From a virus (Duplodnaviria > Caudoviricetes), in the IMG/VR virus record IMGVR_UViG_3300006620_000007: DNA of 64,000 nt; one strand, given 5' to 3'. The notes below the pieces were generated by a model. It was not told the origin of the DNA. It ran no database searches and saw only the letters and a list, made by a program, of their open reading frames with translations. How positions within the stretch are numbered: the first letter of the stretch is position 1; each line of letters opens with the position of its first letter. A program made the translations under genes and the position numbers. Below are positions 10,042 through 19,394 of the stretch, one piece after another.

Positions 10042-10813
10042 TTGCTACCTGATACTTAAATGTTTCTTCCCATGCAGTGCCGTTTTCATATTCTTCTCGA
10101 CTAAACTGACTGTGTGCAATATGTTCCAGCATAGGTGTTCTATCAAAACCAAACTGTCCTTGCCAATGTTCAACTGCACTTTGTCCTAACACTTCAATTG
10201 GCTTACCTAAACACAATGCTTCAACAACTGCCATACTATGATATGTAATAACCTTTTTAGCATTATTCATCATAGGTATTATTTCAGCAAATCTGTGTCT
10301 ACGTTTACCGGTTTTCTCCCTTACTACTAATGGCACATCTAAACTTTCATAATGTGCAATAGTTTGTTTACGCCATTCGTCATAATCTTGTCCCAAGTAT
10401 TTAAAGATATTTGTGTTCCTTGGCATCACTAATAGGTTGTACTCACCCTTGTCATTCCAATCTTTATAACGATCATCTAATTCAAGTGTGTGTATTCTAC
10501 TATTTTTAATAGGCCCTGGTTTGGTATTTTGTAAGGAATTGTAACTAATTCGATAATACATAGGGCGTTTGTAATTCCAATTGCCTATGTAACCGTTGTC
10601 TAAATGAAAAAAATTTATGTTTTTGTTTTCTTGTAATGCATCAAATACCCAATCACAAAATGGGTGACTAAATGCTAAAATTCTATCTTCTTGGATTTGT
10701 TCTTTGGACTCAATAATTATTGTGTCAAAGTTATCAATAAGGTAAGGAAATAATTGTCCTCGTAGTTCGTATGATCTTTTAGGTATTTGGAAAGTTGGTT
10801 TAAATTGTGGCAT
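10031..10813 (-). CDS. Putative GT-B / capsule polysaccharide biosynthesis-like protein
   Basis: LDNGY, VVREK, VITYHSMAVVEALCLGKP motif; ATG 10813 overlaps the uvsY stop. Confidence 0.5.
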   Translation of the reverse strand: MPQFKPTFQIPKRSYELRGQLFPYLIDNFDTIIIESKEQIQEDRILAFSHPFCDWVFDALQENKNINFFHLDNGYIGNWNYKRPMYYRISYNSLQNTKPGPIKNSRIHTLELDDRYKDWNDKGEYNLLVMPRNTNIFKYLGQDYDEWRKQTIAHYESLDVPLVVREKTGKRRHRFAEIIPMMNNAKKVITYHSMAVVEALCLGKPIEVLGQSAVEHWQGQFGFDRTPMLEHIAHSQFSREEYENGTAWEETFKYQVANGL

Positions 10814-11264
10814 CTTCCATACCAGCCACACGTAACTTAACAATATTAGTAATTTGCCATTGCTTCTGATCTAAGCCTTTGGTAATGCCTAACCATTTAT
10901 TACGCATTAGTGCAAATTCATTAATGATCTTTTCCATATCAACTACGTCTGCTTCACCGTCAACATACTTCTCAACATCACGACTTGACAATGCTCGTTG
11001 ATAATTTTCAAGATACTTCTTAAAAAACGTACTACGTAATCTACGTAATTCGATGTTAAGATATTCTAATATTGCTTCAAGTTCTTGCAACTGATTGAAA
11101 CGTTGTTCGACAAGGCCGGGCATTTCTGCCGCGGCCTTCTCAAGACTTCCGAATATACGGATCTCTTTTTTAGCCTGTAATAACTGATCGTTATAATAAT
11201 CTAACGCCTCAGGTATTTTACTAATATCTTTTGATATTTGGCTATACCACATAGTTAATCCCAA
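10800..11264 (-). CDS. uvsY: UvsY recombination mediator
   Basis: Helical protein with KYLENYQRALSSRDVEKYVDGE and KQWQITNIVKLRVAG, near uvsX. Confidence 0.8.
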   Translation of the reverse strand: MGLTMWYSQISKDISKIPEALDYYNDQLLQAKKEIRIFGSLEKAAAEMPGLVEQRFNQLQELEAILEYLNIELRRLRSTFFKKYLENYQRALSSRDVEKYVDGEADVVDMEKIINEFALMRNKWLGITKGLDQKQWQITNIVKLRVAGMEDATI

Positions 11265-11488
11265 TCGTCATCATCAGCAGTCAATTCCTCATCAATATCA
11301 AGATAATAGTTAATTGCCGCATCAAGATGATCATCTGTACCCAAACTCTCTTTAAGTGCTTCGTCTGACACACCATAGTCTGCAAGTAAATCAACAAATC
11401 TCTCTGCTAACGTTTCTACTTGTTTTTTATCTGTGTGTTCCTTAAAAAGATTCCAGGTATCTACGATTTGTGAACTATCCATACTCAA
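11255..11488 (-). CDS. Small acidic hypothetical protein
   Basis: 77-aa ORF coupled between uvsX and uvsY. Confidence 0.6.
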   Translation of the reverse strand: MSMDSSQIVDTWNLFKEHTDKKQVETLAERFVDLLADYGVSDEALKESLGTDDHLDAAINYYLDIDEELTADDDDWD

Positions 11489-11489
11489 C

Positions 11490-12575
11490 TTACTCCTCTG
11501 TGACTGGTTCGATTGTTTCGGGTGCCTCTTCCTCTACATCAGTAATTACCTCTGACTGAACTTCACTGAACTCGTTCATGACTCTGTCAAGTAAAGGTCC
11601 GCCGGCTTCCCATGCTTTACGATATTCCTTAATTTCTTCTCCATCTTTGGATACAAATTTAAGTCTGTTACCGTCTTTCTTAAGCATATCTTTTTTCTCA
11701 AACAAATCAACAAGTCCACTGTAAGGATTCATTCCTGTTTCATATGGAATTTTAACTTGTACACCTTCGAACGGTTTTGCGTAACGTGTCTTCATTACTT
11801 TACAACCTGCTCTAATACCACGTACTTCGCTAATCTTATTACCTGCTTCATCTTCTTTTAGTTTCAATTTCTTCATTGCTACTACAATAGATGACGCATA
11901 GATAAATCCTTGTCCACCACTAATTTTATCATCAGGGTCAAACATATCTTGCGATGCATACGTATGGTTAGTACATACAAGTCCTACATTGTGTGAGCCA
12001 ATCATGTTAACTGTGTTTCTTACAAGTGATGTAAGTGCCTTAGGTTTTCTACCCATGTCACCCTTCATATCACCTTTGTTAAACTGGTCAACATCAGTTG
12101 GTGTTAACAACATACCTAAACTATCAATTACAAATAATACTTTAGGACGTTCTTCTTCATCCATTTCTTTGTAATCTGCCATAAACGTTGATACTGTTTT
12201 AGCAACATCATCAATCATTGACATATTAAGTTTTAGTAATTTGCTTTCGCTTGTATCAACATCAAGTGCTTGTAGCCAAGTTTCATCAAGTGCATTTTCA
12301 CTGTCAATTAGTACAACAAAGATACCTTGATCTTGTGCCGCCTTTACAATGTTACCTGCACAGATATAACTTTTACCTGCTCCTGACTCGCCTGCAAATA
12401 CAGTTACCTTACCTAATGGAACACCTTTTTTGAAGTCACCACTAATAAGATAATTTAAGGCATAGTTTCCTGTACTAATCCAATCCGTAGGGTCATTGAA
12501 ACCACTACTCATGCCTGTGATCGACTTAGTCAAGTTTTTACGAAACTTGGAAACGTCAAATGCTTTGTTAGCCAT
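11490..12575 (-). CDS. uvsX: UvsX / RecA-like recombinase
   Basis: ISTG..ALN, AGESGAGKS Walker A, IDSE, IDSLG, TNH, GG. Confidence 0.95.
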   Translation of the reverse strand: MANKAFDVSKFRKNLTKSITGMSSGFNDPTDWISTGNYALNYLISGDFKKGVPLGKVTVFAGESGAGKSYICAGNIVKAAQDQGIFVVLIDSENALDETWLQALDVDTSESKLLKLNMSMIDDVAKTVSTFMADYKEMDEEERPKVLFVIDSLGMLLTPTDVDQFNKGDMKGDMGRKPKALTSLVRNTVNMIGSHNVGLVCTNHTYASQDMFDPDDKISGGQGFIYASSIVVAMKKLKLKEDEAGNKISEVRGIRAGCKVMKTRYAKPFEGVQVKIPYETGMNPYSGLVDLFEKKDMLKKDGNRLKFVSKDGEEIKEYRKAWEAGGPLLDRVMNEFSEVQSEVITDVEEEAPETIEPVTEE

Positions 12576-12596
12576 ATTATCTCCTTATTCAGATAA

Positions 12597-12618
12597 TGTG
12601 TGGGGTTGCCCCCACACA
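12597..12618 (-). terminator. GC-rich hairpin with GCAA tetraloop between gp32 and uvsX (attenuator or mRNA stabiliser)
   Basis: Perfect 9-bp stem TGTGTGGGG-TTGC-CCCCACACA; weak U-tract. Confidence 0.5.
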
Positions 12619-12631
12619 CTGTACTGCTATA

Positions 12632-13609
12632 TTAGTTTTGACGTGAACGGATCATTGCAAGAATGTCTTCCGCACTATTGTCTGCTTTAGGTTCTGCCGC
12701 TGGTGCAGTTGTTGCCTCTGCTGGAGCCGCTTCTGCTACTGGAGCCGGAGTTGCCTCAGGTGCCGGAGCAGTTGTTGCCGCTGGAGCAGTTGCCGGTGCT
12801 TGTGGATCACCTGTTCTTGCCTTCATTCCCGCTGGACGGAAATATTGACCAAAACGTTCTGCGTCATATGCTTCACCATCTACAGATGCTTGGAACATCT
12901 CTTGCATTACTTTCACTTCAACCTCTGAAGGTTTCTTAGGAAGGAAGTCTGACAAGTTGTATAGACCATTCTTTTCAACGGCCGCAGTTTCAACTTCTGT
13001 CAAAGGACGCTCTCTACGTGACCAGTTACTTGTAGAATAATCTGCATAACCACCTTTAGAAGTTTTTACAATTCTAAAGTCTACACCTGAAGTGTAATCA
13101 GTTGGCAGTTCTTCCATATCTGGATCCATTAATGCACTTTTGATAAGTTGGAAAATTTGTGGACCAATAATAAAACGTCTAATTGGATTTTCTGGAGTAC
13201 CATCTTCAGTCAGTCCGTTTTCAGTTACAAAGCCTTGGAACACGTATGAACGCTTCTTCCAATACTTACGACCCATATCTTCTAAAGTAGGATCTTTAAA
13301 CCAACCTCGAACTTCGTTTAAGATTGCACATGACTCGCCATACATTTCCATGCAAGGGATTTGCACTTGTACTGGTCTTGAGTCAGTTTCGCCTTTCACA
13401 CCTGCGAAAGGTAGTTTGATCATCAAACGTTCTTTCCAAAAGAAAGTGTTTGTGTCGTCCCCATCAGGTAAAAAACGGACAGTTGACTGTTCGCCTTCCT
13501 TTAAGTTCCAAAATGGGTAAATTGCGTTATCGCCGCCGCTTGATTGTGAACCACCTGTGCGTGATTCTGCTTCTTTCAGTTTTGCTCTGATTTCTGCTAA
13601 TGTTGCCAT
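12632..13609 (-). CDS. gp32: Single-stranded DNA-binding protein (T4 gp32-like)
   Basis: VRFLP, IRRFIIGPQIF, GVDFRIVK..KGGYADYSTS, Ala/Pro-rich C-terminal tail. Confidence 0.9.
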   Translation of the reverse strand: MATLAEIRAKLKEAESRTGGSQSSGGDNAIYPFWNLKEGEQSTVRFLPDGDDTNTFFWKERLMIKLPFAGVKGETDSRPVQVQIPCMEMYGESCAILNEVRGWFKDPTLEDMGRKYWKKRSYVFQGFVTENGLTEDGTPENPIRRFIIGPQIFQLIKSALMDPDMEELPTDYTSGVDFRIVKTSKGGYADYSTSNWSRRERPLTEVETAAVEKNGLYNLSDFLPKKPSEVEVKVMQEMFQASVDGEAYDAERFGQYFRPAGMKARTGDPQAPATAPAATTAPAPEATPAPVAEAAPAEATTAPAAEPKADNSAEDILAMIRSRQN

Positions 13610-13677
13610 TGTTAAGCCTCCTATATAATTTGCCTTTGGCTGTTATTGTATTGCCTTGATTGTGCAGTACATTTACT

Positions 13678-13706
13678 ATAATACACAAACTTACTTATAA
13701 AGTCAA
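13678..13706 (-). promoter_or_regulatory. Sigma70-type early promoter for gp32-uvsX-uvsY
   Basis: TTGACT-17 nt-TATTAT on the minus strand; GGAGG SD before the gp32 ATG. Confidence 0.7.
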
Positions 13707-13730
13707 GTGAAACTTTGTCAAAAAAGTGAA

Positions 13731-15881
13731 TTAGTTAGCCAAACCTGCTAAATGTTTGATTCTTTCCATCTCACCATCTTGGTTAGTAACTAACTTTTTC
13801 ATAATGACTGCCGCAGGAGCAAGACTTTCGTCTCCATATTTTTTCTCACATGCTGTAAGTACTGCTGTTTCGCCTTTTGGAAAATTGTTAGTTGTGTAAT
13901 CAAAATGACCTTTGATGAATTCATCTAAGCCAAGTTCTTTCTTCTCACCTCTTTCTTCTGCGTCCCCATCTGCTTTTGAAATTGAACCATCTGGACCAAT
14001 TTTAACATCCATGGTGTCATCGTCAGTGGGTTCTTTTTCGGCCATCAGTTCATCTGCTGTCCAAAAATCTTCTACTCTAAGTCCTGCCATTTTGATAGCA
14101 TCTTCAAGTGTGTGTTCTTCACCGTCTGGTGTTTTGAACTTATCACCTTTTTTCATACCTGCCGCTTTTGCTTTTTTTACTGCTTGTGCAAATGCGTTAC
14201 CTTCAAAAGTTGTTGACTCGTCTTGTATTAATTCTCTTTGATGTTTTTCAAGTTCTTCAATTGAATCAAAAGTACCTGTTTCCTTACCGTCTTTGTAAGA
14301 AATAAATTTACCATCTTTGTGTTTTGCCGCAAGTCCGTATTTGTTCATGCCCATGCTTGATACTTCATTTGGACCTTGCTCATGTTTTGAATTAGCAACT
14401 ACGTTGTCTAAGTGTGAAGCAAAGTCGCCATGCATGTCCATGCTTTCATCTTCAGTGCCATTGTAGTTGTCATAAAAGTCTGCATTTTCTTCGCCATGCT
14501 TTGCAATAAATTCTTCTTTGCTCATGTTTTCTGCATCGGCTTCCATTGCTCTTTTAACTCCGCCTTCTTTTACAGAGTCTATTACATCTGATATTCTATG
14601 ACATTCATCTTCGTCTGGCATACCTTTAAACATTTTAAATAAGTCATCTCTAAACTTTACAGTAATAGGAAAGTTTTCAGGTTCTTGATCTAATACATCC
14701 ATACCAGGAAATTCTTCGTCTGGATTACGCTCAACCCATTTGTTCCATTCACCTTCTTCAATGCTGTCCAATGGTACACCAGTGTTGGTCATGTATTGTA
14801 TGTAACCACCTAATAATGAATCACCGTTACCACCTTCGTACTGTTTGTATCTATCTGCTAAAGCCAATATTTCTTCATCAGTAGGTTTTTCATCTTCACC
14901 TAAAAAGTTTTCTGGAGTAAGTGCTTCTGATTTAGTTCCTTCTTTAACAAGATTGTAAATGTAAGGAAATACACCTTTCAAGTCTTCGTTAAACTGACGA
15001 ATAGTTAATTCATCAATCCAATTTGAACTTACATCTTCTGGTACTTCTTCCATTACTGTTTCTTGGAAGTTTTCTAATGCTTCTTTGTAATAACTATTTC
15101 TTTGTAACTTATGTACAGTTTCTTTTACAGTGTCAATTCTGTTATTAACAATGTCCATGTAACCAGCAAGACCCTCTGCCATTACATTTGATCTGTTCAT
15201 GTATGTTTTGAAAGTACGTAACTTAGAAAGTTCTTCGCTGAGTGAAACGATATGCTTTCCAAAGTTGTCGTATTGATTTCCGCCTTCGCTAACATGTTGT
15301 GCCATTGCTCTTGCACCGTTTAGGTGTTTGAAAGGATATTTGTATCTTTCGCCTTCTGGGCTCTCTACATATATGCTATGAATTCTTTGTGTTCTTCCTG
15401 CAGGATTTTCAAAATCAACTGCCTCATTATGTTTAACAATGATCTTTGCATTGCCAACATCTTGGAAACTTGTTTTAGAAGTTCCGTATAGTTTCGATTC
15501 ACTCATTTGGTTTTCTCCGGGTCTGTTTTTTGAGAGGTAATCGTAATCTCTCTTGTCTAAGTTACTTTTAGTTATATCTCTTGTATCAAAATTAAGCATT
15601 CTCTTTTTAGCAAACTGTCGCATCTCTTTCATAAAAGCGTACCAGTTTTGCTTAATAGACTCTGTAGCATCTGTAAGCAAATCGTTATTGTAAAGCATAG
15701 TTAGACTCTTTTCGTCTAAGGTTACGTTAACTTTGTTGCCGTTGCTAAACTCAAAATCAAAGAAACGTGCTTTTTCAGGCACATTTGTAATGGTACTTGC
15801 TTCATCACCAATAGTAATCTTGGGATATCTACCTCTGATCTTGTTAAACAGTTCTTCTGCAATTTTTTCCAAGTTTATCAT
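13731..15881 (-). CDS. Large acidic virion (probably internal head) protein
   Basis: 716 aa, acidic, many hydrophobic-X-E sites, C-terminal ERIKHLAGL; late box upstream; next to terminase. Confidence 0.5.
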   Translation of the reverse strand: MINLEKIAEELFNKIRGRYPKITIGDEASTITNVPEKARFFDFEFSNGNKVNVTLDEKSLTMLYNNDLLTDATESIKQNWYAFMKEMRQFAKKRMLNFDTRDITKSNLDKRDYDYLSKNRPGENQMSESKLYGTSKTSFQDVGNAKIIVKHNEAVDFENPAGRTQRIHSIYVESPEGERYKYPFKHLNGARAMAQHVSEGGNQYDNFGKHIVSLSEELSKLRTFKTYMNRSNVMAEGLAGYMDIVNNRIDTVKETVHKLQRNSYYKEALENFQETVMEEVPEDVSSNWIDELTIRQFNEDLKGVFPYIYNLVKEGTKSEALTPENFLGEDEKPTDEEILALADRYKQYEGGNGDSLLGGYIQYMTNTGVPLDSIEEGEWNKWVERNPDEEFPGMDVLDQEPENFPITVKFRDDLFKMFKGMPDEDECHRISDVIDSVKEGGVKRAMEADAENMSKEEFIAKHGEENADFYDNYNGTEDESMDMHGDFASHLDNVVANSKHEQGPNEVSSMGMNKYGLAAKHKDGKFISYKDGKETGTFDSIEELEKHQRELIQDESTTFEGNAFAQAVKKAKAAGMKKGDKFKTPDGEEHTLEDAIKMAGLRVEDFWTADELMAEKEPTDDDTMDVKIGPDGSISKADGDAEERGEKKELGLDEFIKGHFDYTTNNFPKGETAVLTACEKKYGDESLAPAAVIMKKLVTNQDGEMERIKHLAGLAN

Positions 15882-15886
15882 ATTAA

Positions 15887-15892
15887 TATTTA
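15887..15892 (-). promoter_or_regulatory. T4-late-like promoter TAAATA, 5 nt before ATG
   Basis: Minus strand GGA-TAAATA-TTAAT-ATG. Confidence 0.7.
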
Positions 15893-15894
15893 TC

Positions 15895-17484
15895 CTAATA
15901 GACGCCTGTTACAAATATAGGCATAGGCCTCTCATAATCCTGATCTGCATCCAATTGCCTAAATGTATTGTACACTCTTGGATCCCAATCCTTTAAAACT
16001 TCCATCATACGTAGGTTCAATAGCACTGCACTTACAAGATCGTCAGTTTCACCTGGCTTTGCTTTGAAACTTGTACCTGATGCTACATAGCCTTTCATTT
16101 CTGATATCAATGCTTTGCTGTTTATCTGCATTTTGTCATTCTCAACCATGTTCTTGAACTTAGAACAAGCACTGATTTTACTCCTATGTGTAGTGTTAAA
16201 TCCTTTACGGAACTTTCTAATATGTCCTTTACGTATTGGTTCACTTACAAATAGTCCTGGTATGTTTTCTTCACCTACATCATTTACAACTAACAATGCC
16301 GCTTCACCAATGGTATTGTTTTCAATGCTCCAATAAATGTTATTTGCATTTGGTGCCCTACATTCAGCATTGATATAGTCTGCTATATCTTTTAAAACCC
16401 TAATCTGTCCTGGTATAGGTGTAGTGTTATGCCTCCACTCTGCAACTTGTTTGTAACTTGGTAATTCAAATACTTGTATCGCGGCATAGTCTCCACCTGT
16501 ACCCATGCTTGGATCTAAACTAATACAATATGTTTGATCACGTTCAAGTTTTTTGTACCATCGTGTTTGCCCCATATTTTCGATAGGTTCATTACCTTCA
16601 AGTCCTGCTAACTTAATACTATTAATAAGTGTTTCGTCAAATACTAAGAATTCACAACCATACTCACGTCTGAATCTTTCTTCGCCAATACGACCAATTT
16701 CTTGTTTCTTCCATTCTTCATCTCTGTCTGGATGTTCTTCCCATTTAACAGTAAAGCCATGGAAGCCGTTAATACCTACATCACTTTCATTGCCATGTTC
16801 ATCAAATTTGTTTTGACTTTCTTTCCATATAGTAGCAAAGGTGTCCTCGTCTGAGTTAGGTGTGCTTGTTATAATTGCACGACCACCTGTTGCAAGTGTT
16901 GGAGATATTGAAGTCCAAAAGTCGTCAGCAACATTAGGTTGCACAAACGCAAACTCATCACAGTACAGTAATGATATGGACATACCACGTCCCGTGTTTC
17001 CTGTTGTAGTAGCACTTACAATTCTACTTCCGTTTTCAAATTCAATTGAACCTTTGTTGTAGTTTGTAACACCTGCCCTAATATGATCAGGACACATTTC
17101 GTAAACGTATCTAATACGTTGCATAATTTCTTGAGCACCTGTATACTTGTGTGCCGCAATAAGAATAGTTTGGTCTGGATGAAACATTGCGTACCAGGCA
17201 AGGTACACAGCCGCACAGGTTGTCTTACCTGTTTGTCTTGGTAACATATTAACATTAAATCTATGATTGTGATAACTGTGCATCAATCCTACTTGATACT
17301 TGTAAGGATCAAACAACAATTTTCCTTTTACTGGATGTTGGATATATGCAAAGTTACTTGCGAAATGTAAGTAACCTGCATTATCATCAGTACAAAGCAT
17401 CAGATCGTTGATCTGTTCGTTTGTATATGTTTCTCTTGTATTAGCCTTTTTGGTTAATACGCCATCTAAACTTTTATTTGCCAT
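15895..17484 (-). CDS. gp17: Terminase large subunit
   Basis: LPRQTGKTT Walker A, GRG.S, LYCDEFAF Walker B, ITSTPN, nuclease LDPSMG.GGDY, TDDLV; start taken at MANK downstream of a TAAATA box. Confidence 0.96.
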   Translation of the reverse strand: MANKSLDGVLTKKANTRETYTNEQINDLMLCTDDNAGYLHFASNFAYIQHPVKGKLLFDPYKYQVGLMHSYHNHRFNVNMLPRQTGKTTCAAVYLAWYAMFHPDQTILIAAHKYTGAQEIMQRIRYVYEMCPDHIRAGVTNYNKGSIEFENGSRIVSATTTGNTGRGMSISLLYCDEFAFVQPNVADDFWTSISPTLATGGRAIITSTPNSDEDTFATIWKESQNKFDEHGNESDVGINGFHGFTVKWEEHPDRDEEWKKQEIGRIGEERFRREYGCEFLVFDETLINSIKLAGLEGNEPIENMGQTRWYKKLERDQTYCISLDPSMGTGGDYAAIQVFELPSYKQVAEWRHNTTPIPGQIRVLKDIADYINAECRAPNANNIYWSIENNTIGEAALLVVNDVGEENIPGLFVSEPIRKGHIRKFRKGFNTTHRSKISACSKFKNMVENDKMQINSKALISEMKGYVASGTSFKAKPGETDDLVSAVLLNLRMMEVLKDWDPRVYNTFRQLDADQDYERPMPIFVTGVY

Positions 17485-17504
17485 TGTATAGTATTTACTC
17501 AAAA

Positions 17505-17528
17505 AAATAGGCCCCTGAGGGCCTATTT
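17505..17528 (-). terminator. Rho-independent terminator
   Basis: AAATAGGCCC-ctga-GGGCCTATTT stem followed by a T7 run on the minus strand. Confidence 0.8.
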
Positions 17529-17560
17529 GAGTTTACTTGAGTAAAAGTAATTTTATATTA

Positions 17561-17947
17561 TTATGTTGCTACTAATGTAGCCGCGTCAGTAACTAATGTA
17601 CCGCTTGTATCAATATTATTTGGTCCTACTGCTGTTACTGTGCTTGTTGGATAGTTTGCCGCTTTACCAATTAGTCTAATACGTGCTTGTAAGTCTGCCG
17701 CCGTTGCACTATTATCACACACAACAGTCATTGTGCCACTTGCATCGTCAGTTATACTATAAATTAAAGGATTAATTTCTTTGCAAATTTGTTCAACTGT
17801 TTCATCAATAGCATCGTCTTCACCTCTAAGGTCAACTGCTGTACCGTTTGCAATTTTTACTAAAATTTTAAAAGCAAATGCACCTGGGCTAAAAACATTT
17901 CCTGCTGTTGAAAGTCCTGATCCGTGTACTCTTGTTATTCCTGCCAT
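17561..17947 (-). CDS. Small probable virion protein (possibly head decoration)
   Basis: 128 aa, Ala/Thr-rich, AGGAG SD, last gene before a terminator in a late operon. Confidence 0.45.
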   Translation of the reverse strand: MAGITRVHGSGLSTAGNVFSPGAFAFKILVKIANGTAVDLRGEDDAIDETVEQICKEINPLIYSITDDASGTMTVVCDNSATAADLQARIRLIGKAANYPTSTVTAVGPNNIDTSGTLVTDAATLVAT

Positions 17948-17958
17948 CTTCTATCTCC

Positions 17959-18789
17959 TTACATGCAACTTGATGCATACAGTTTTTCAAGTTGTTTTGC
18001 TTCACAACCCATTTCAGTATACTTCTTCATGATATCTGCTTTAGACATACCGTCGTCTTTGCATTTTTTCATTTCTTTGCCGCTTGGTAATTGTACTTTT
18101 TTACCTTTGCCTTCTTTAACACTTTCTTTTTTAGCATCTTTATCTTTGATTGCTTTTTTCATTGGCTCTTTTTTATCGCCATCTTTGTCCATATCTAAGA
18201 AGTCTGGTTTTGCTTTTGCTTCAGCAACATCTTCATCACAATGACAATCGCTTTCACACTGTCCATGATCGTCATGTTCGTCACAACCACAATCATCACC
18301 TTCTTTCATGAACTCTGAAAGTTTAGCAGAAAGTTCTGCTCTTAATTCATCTTCAAGTGCCATTGGATTATCACCACCTGATACTGGACCATGTGATTTC
18401 TTCTCTGCACCATCGTGTCCTGAAGCAATGTCTTTTGTCATAAAGTTATGGTCTTGATATTTTTCATCTGGTGAATTATCAAAGCCACTTGCTTCATTGT
18501 CAGTGTCATCACAAGCCATGTCGTCCATTGGCTTTGGTTCGTCACTTACAAGACTCATCATTGATTTCATGTCATCATGTGGATCCATTGGACCCATCAT
18601 AGGTGCTTTAGGTTTGATTGCAGTTGGAATGTCTGCAATATCACTTGCACCTTCTTTGCCTTTTAAAGCATTCATTAATTTAATTACGTCTTCGGCATTA
18701 TCGCCTGACATATTAATTGACGCCGACGCCGCTTCATTCATCGCTTCGTCCAACGCTACAATTTTTTTGTAAATTTCGTTTAGTTTCAT
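17959..18789 (-). CDS. Acidic low-complexity prohead core/scaffold-like protein
   Basis: D/E/K/M-rich; KPDFLDMDKDGDKKEPMKKA (DxDxDG); many x-x-E sites. Confidence 0.5.
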   Translation of the reverse strand: MKLNEIYKKIVALDEAMNEAASASINMSGDNAEDVIKLMNALKGKEGASDIADIPTAIKPKAPMMGPMDPHDDMKSMMSLVSDEPKPMDDMACDDTDNEASGFDNSPDEKYQDHNFMTKDIASGHDGAEKKSHGPVSGGDNPMALEDELRAELSAKLSEFMKEGDDCGCDEHDDHGQCESDCHCDEDVAEAKAKPDFLDMDKDGDKKEPMKKAIKDKDAKKESVKEGKGKKVQLPSGKEMKKCKDDGMSKADIMKKYTEMGCEAKQLEKLYASSCM

Positions 18790-18791
18790 AA

Positions 18792-19373
18792 TTAACTCCC
18801 TATTGGACTTTTGGTTCCGATATCAGCGGTTGCGTCCATCTGTTTTTTATCTGTAGCACCTTCTTCAGGTAATTCAATTGCTTTACCAACAACTCTTTCC
18901 TTAGATGCAGTTTCTAACTCTTTAAGAAGATCCATAACTCTGTTTCCACCTACTTCTTTTTGTACTGAAGCATCTGCTGGAGACATTTCTTCTTTAGTTA
19001 GTTTTGTTTCATATGGTGTATTCTGATCAACCTCTTGATATAACTCTTGAGGTTCATTAGGATTACGTACTACTATGTGTGATTGCGGAATACCTAATTG
19101 GTAACCTAAGTACTCTTGTAACATTTCAGTGTGTGTAGGGTATGTTACTTCGCACTCGTAATAAGTTACTTCTGTATTTTGCAATGCAGGAAAGTCCAAC
19201 GGACGTTCTTGAATTGGTGTCTTCTTACCTGGCGTACAATTTTGCACACCAAATTTCTTTAGAGCAGTTTCTAACTTATCTGCTATACCTTCGTTATCAC
19301 CAGCAATACCAATTTTAAAAGGATAAACTTTACCATTGTATGCTTCTGTTAAATAATCGCTATATTTTTTCAT
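18792..19373 (-). CDS. Hypothetical virion protein
   Basis: 193 aa, starts MKKYSDYLTE (T4-type LxE processing motif); late box upstream. Confidence 0.5.
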   Translation of the reverse strand: MKKYSDYLTEAYNGKVYPFKIGIAGDNEGIADKLETALKKFGVQNCTPGKKTPIQERPLDFPALQNTEVTYYECEVTYPTHTEMLQEYLGYQLGIPQSHIVVRNPNEPQELYQEVDQNTPYETKLTKEEMSPADASVQKEVGGNRVMDLLKELETASKERVVGKAIELPEEGATDKKQMDATADIGTKSPIGS

Positions 19374-19394
19374 AATTGTGTTTTCCCTACTAAA

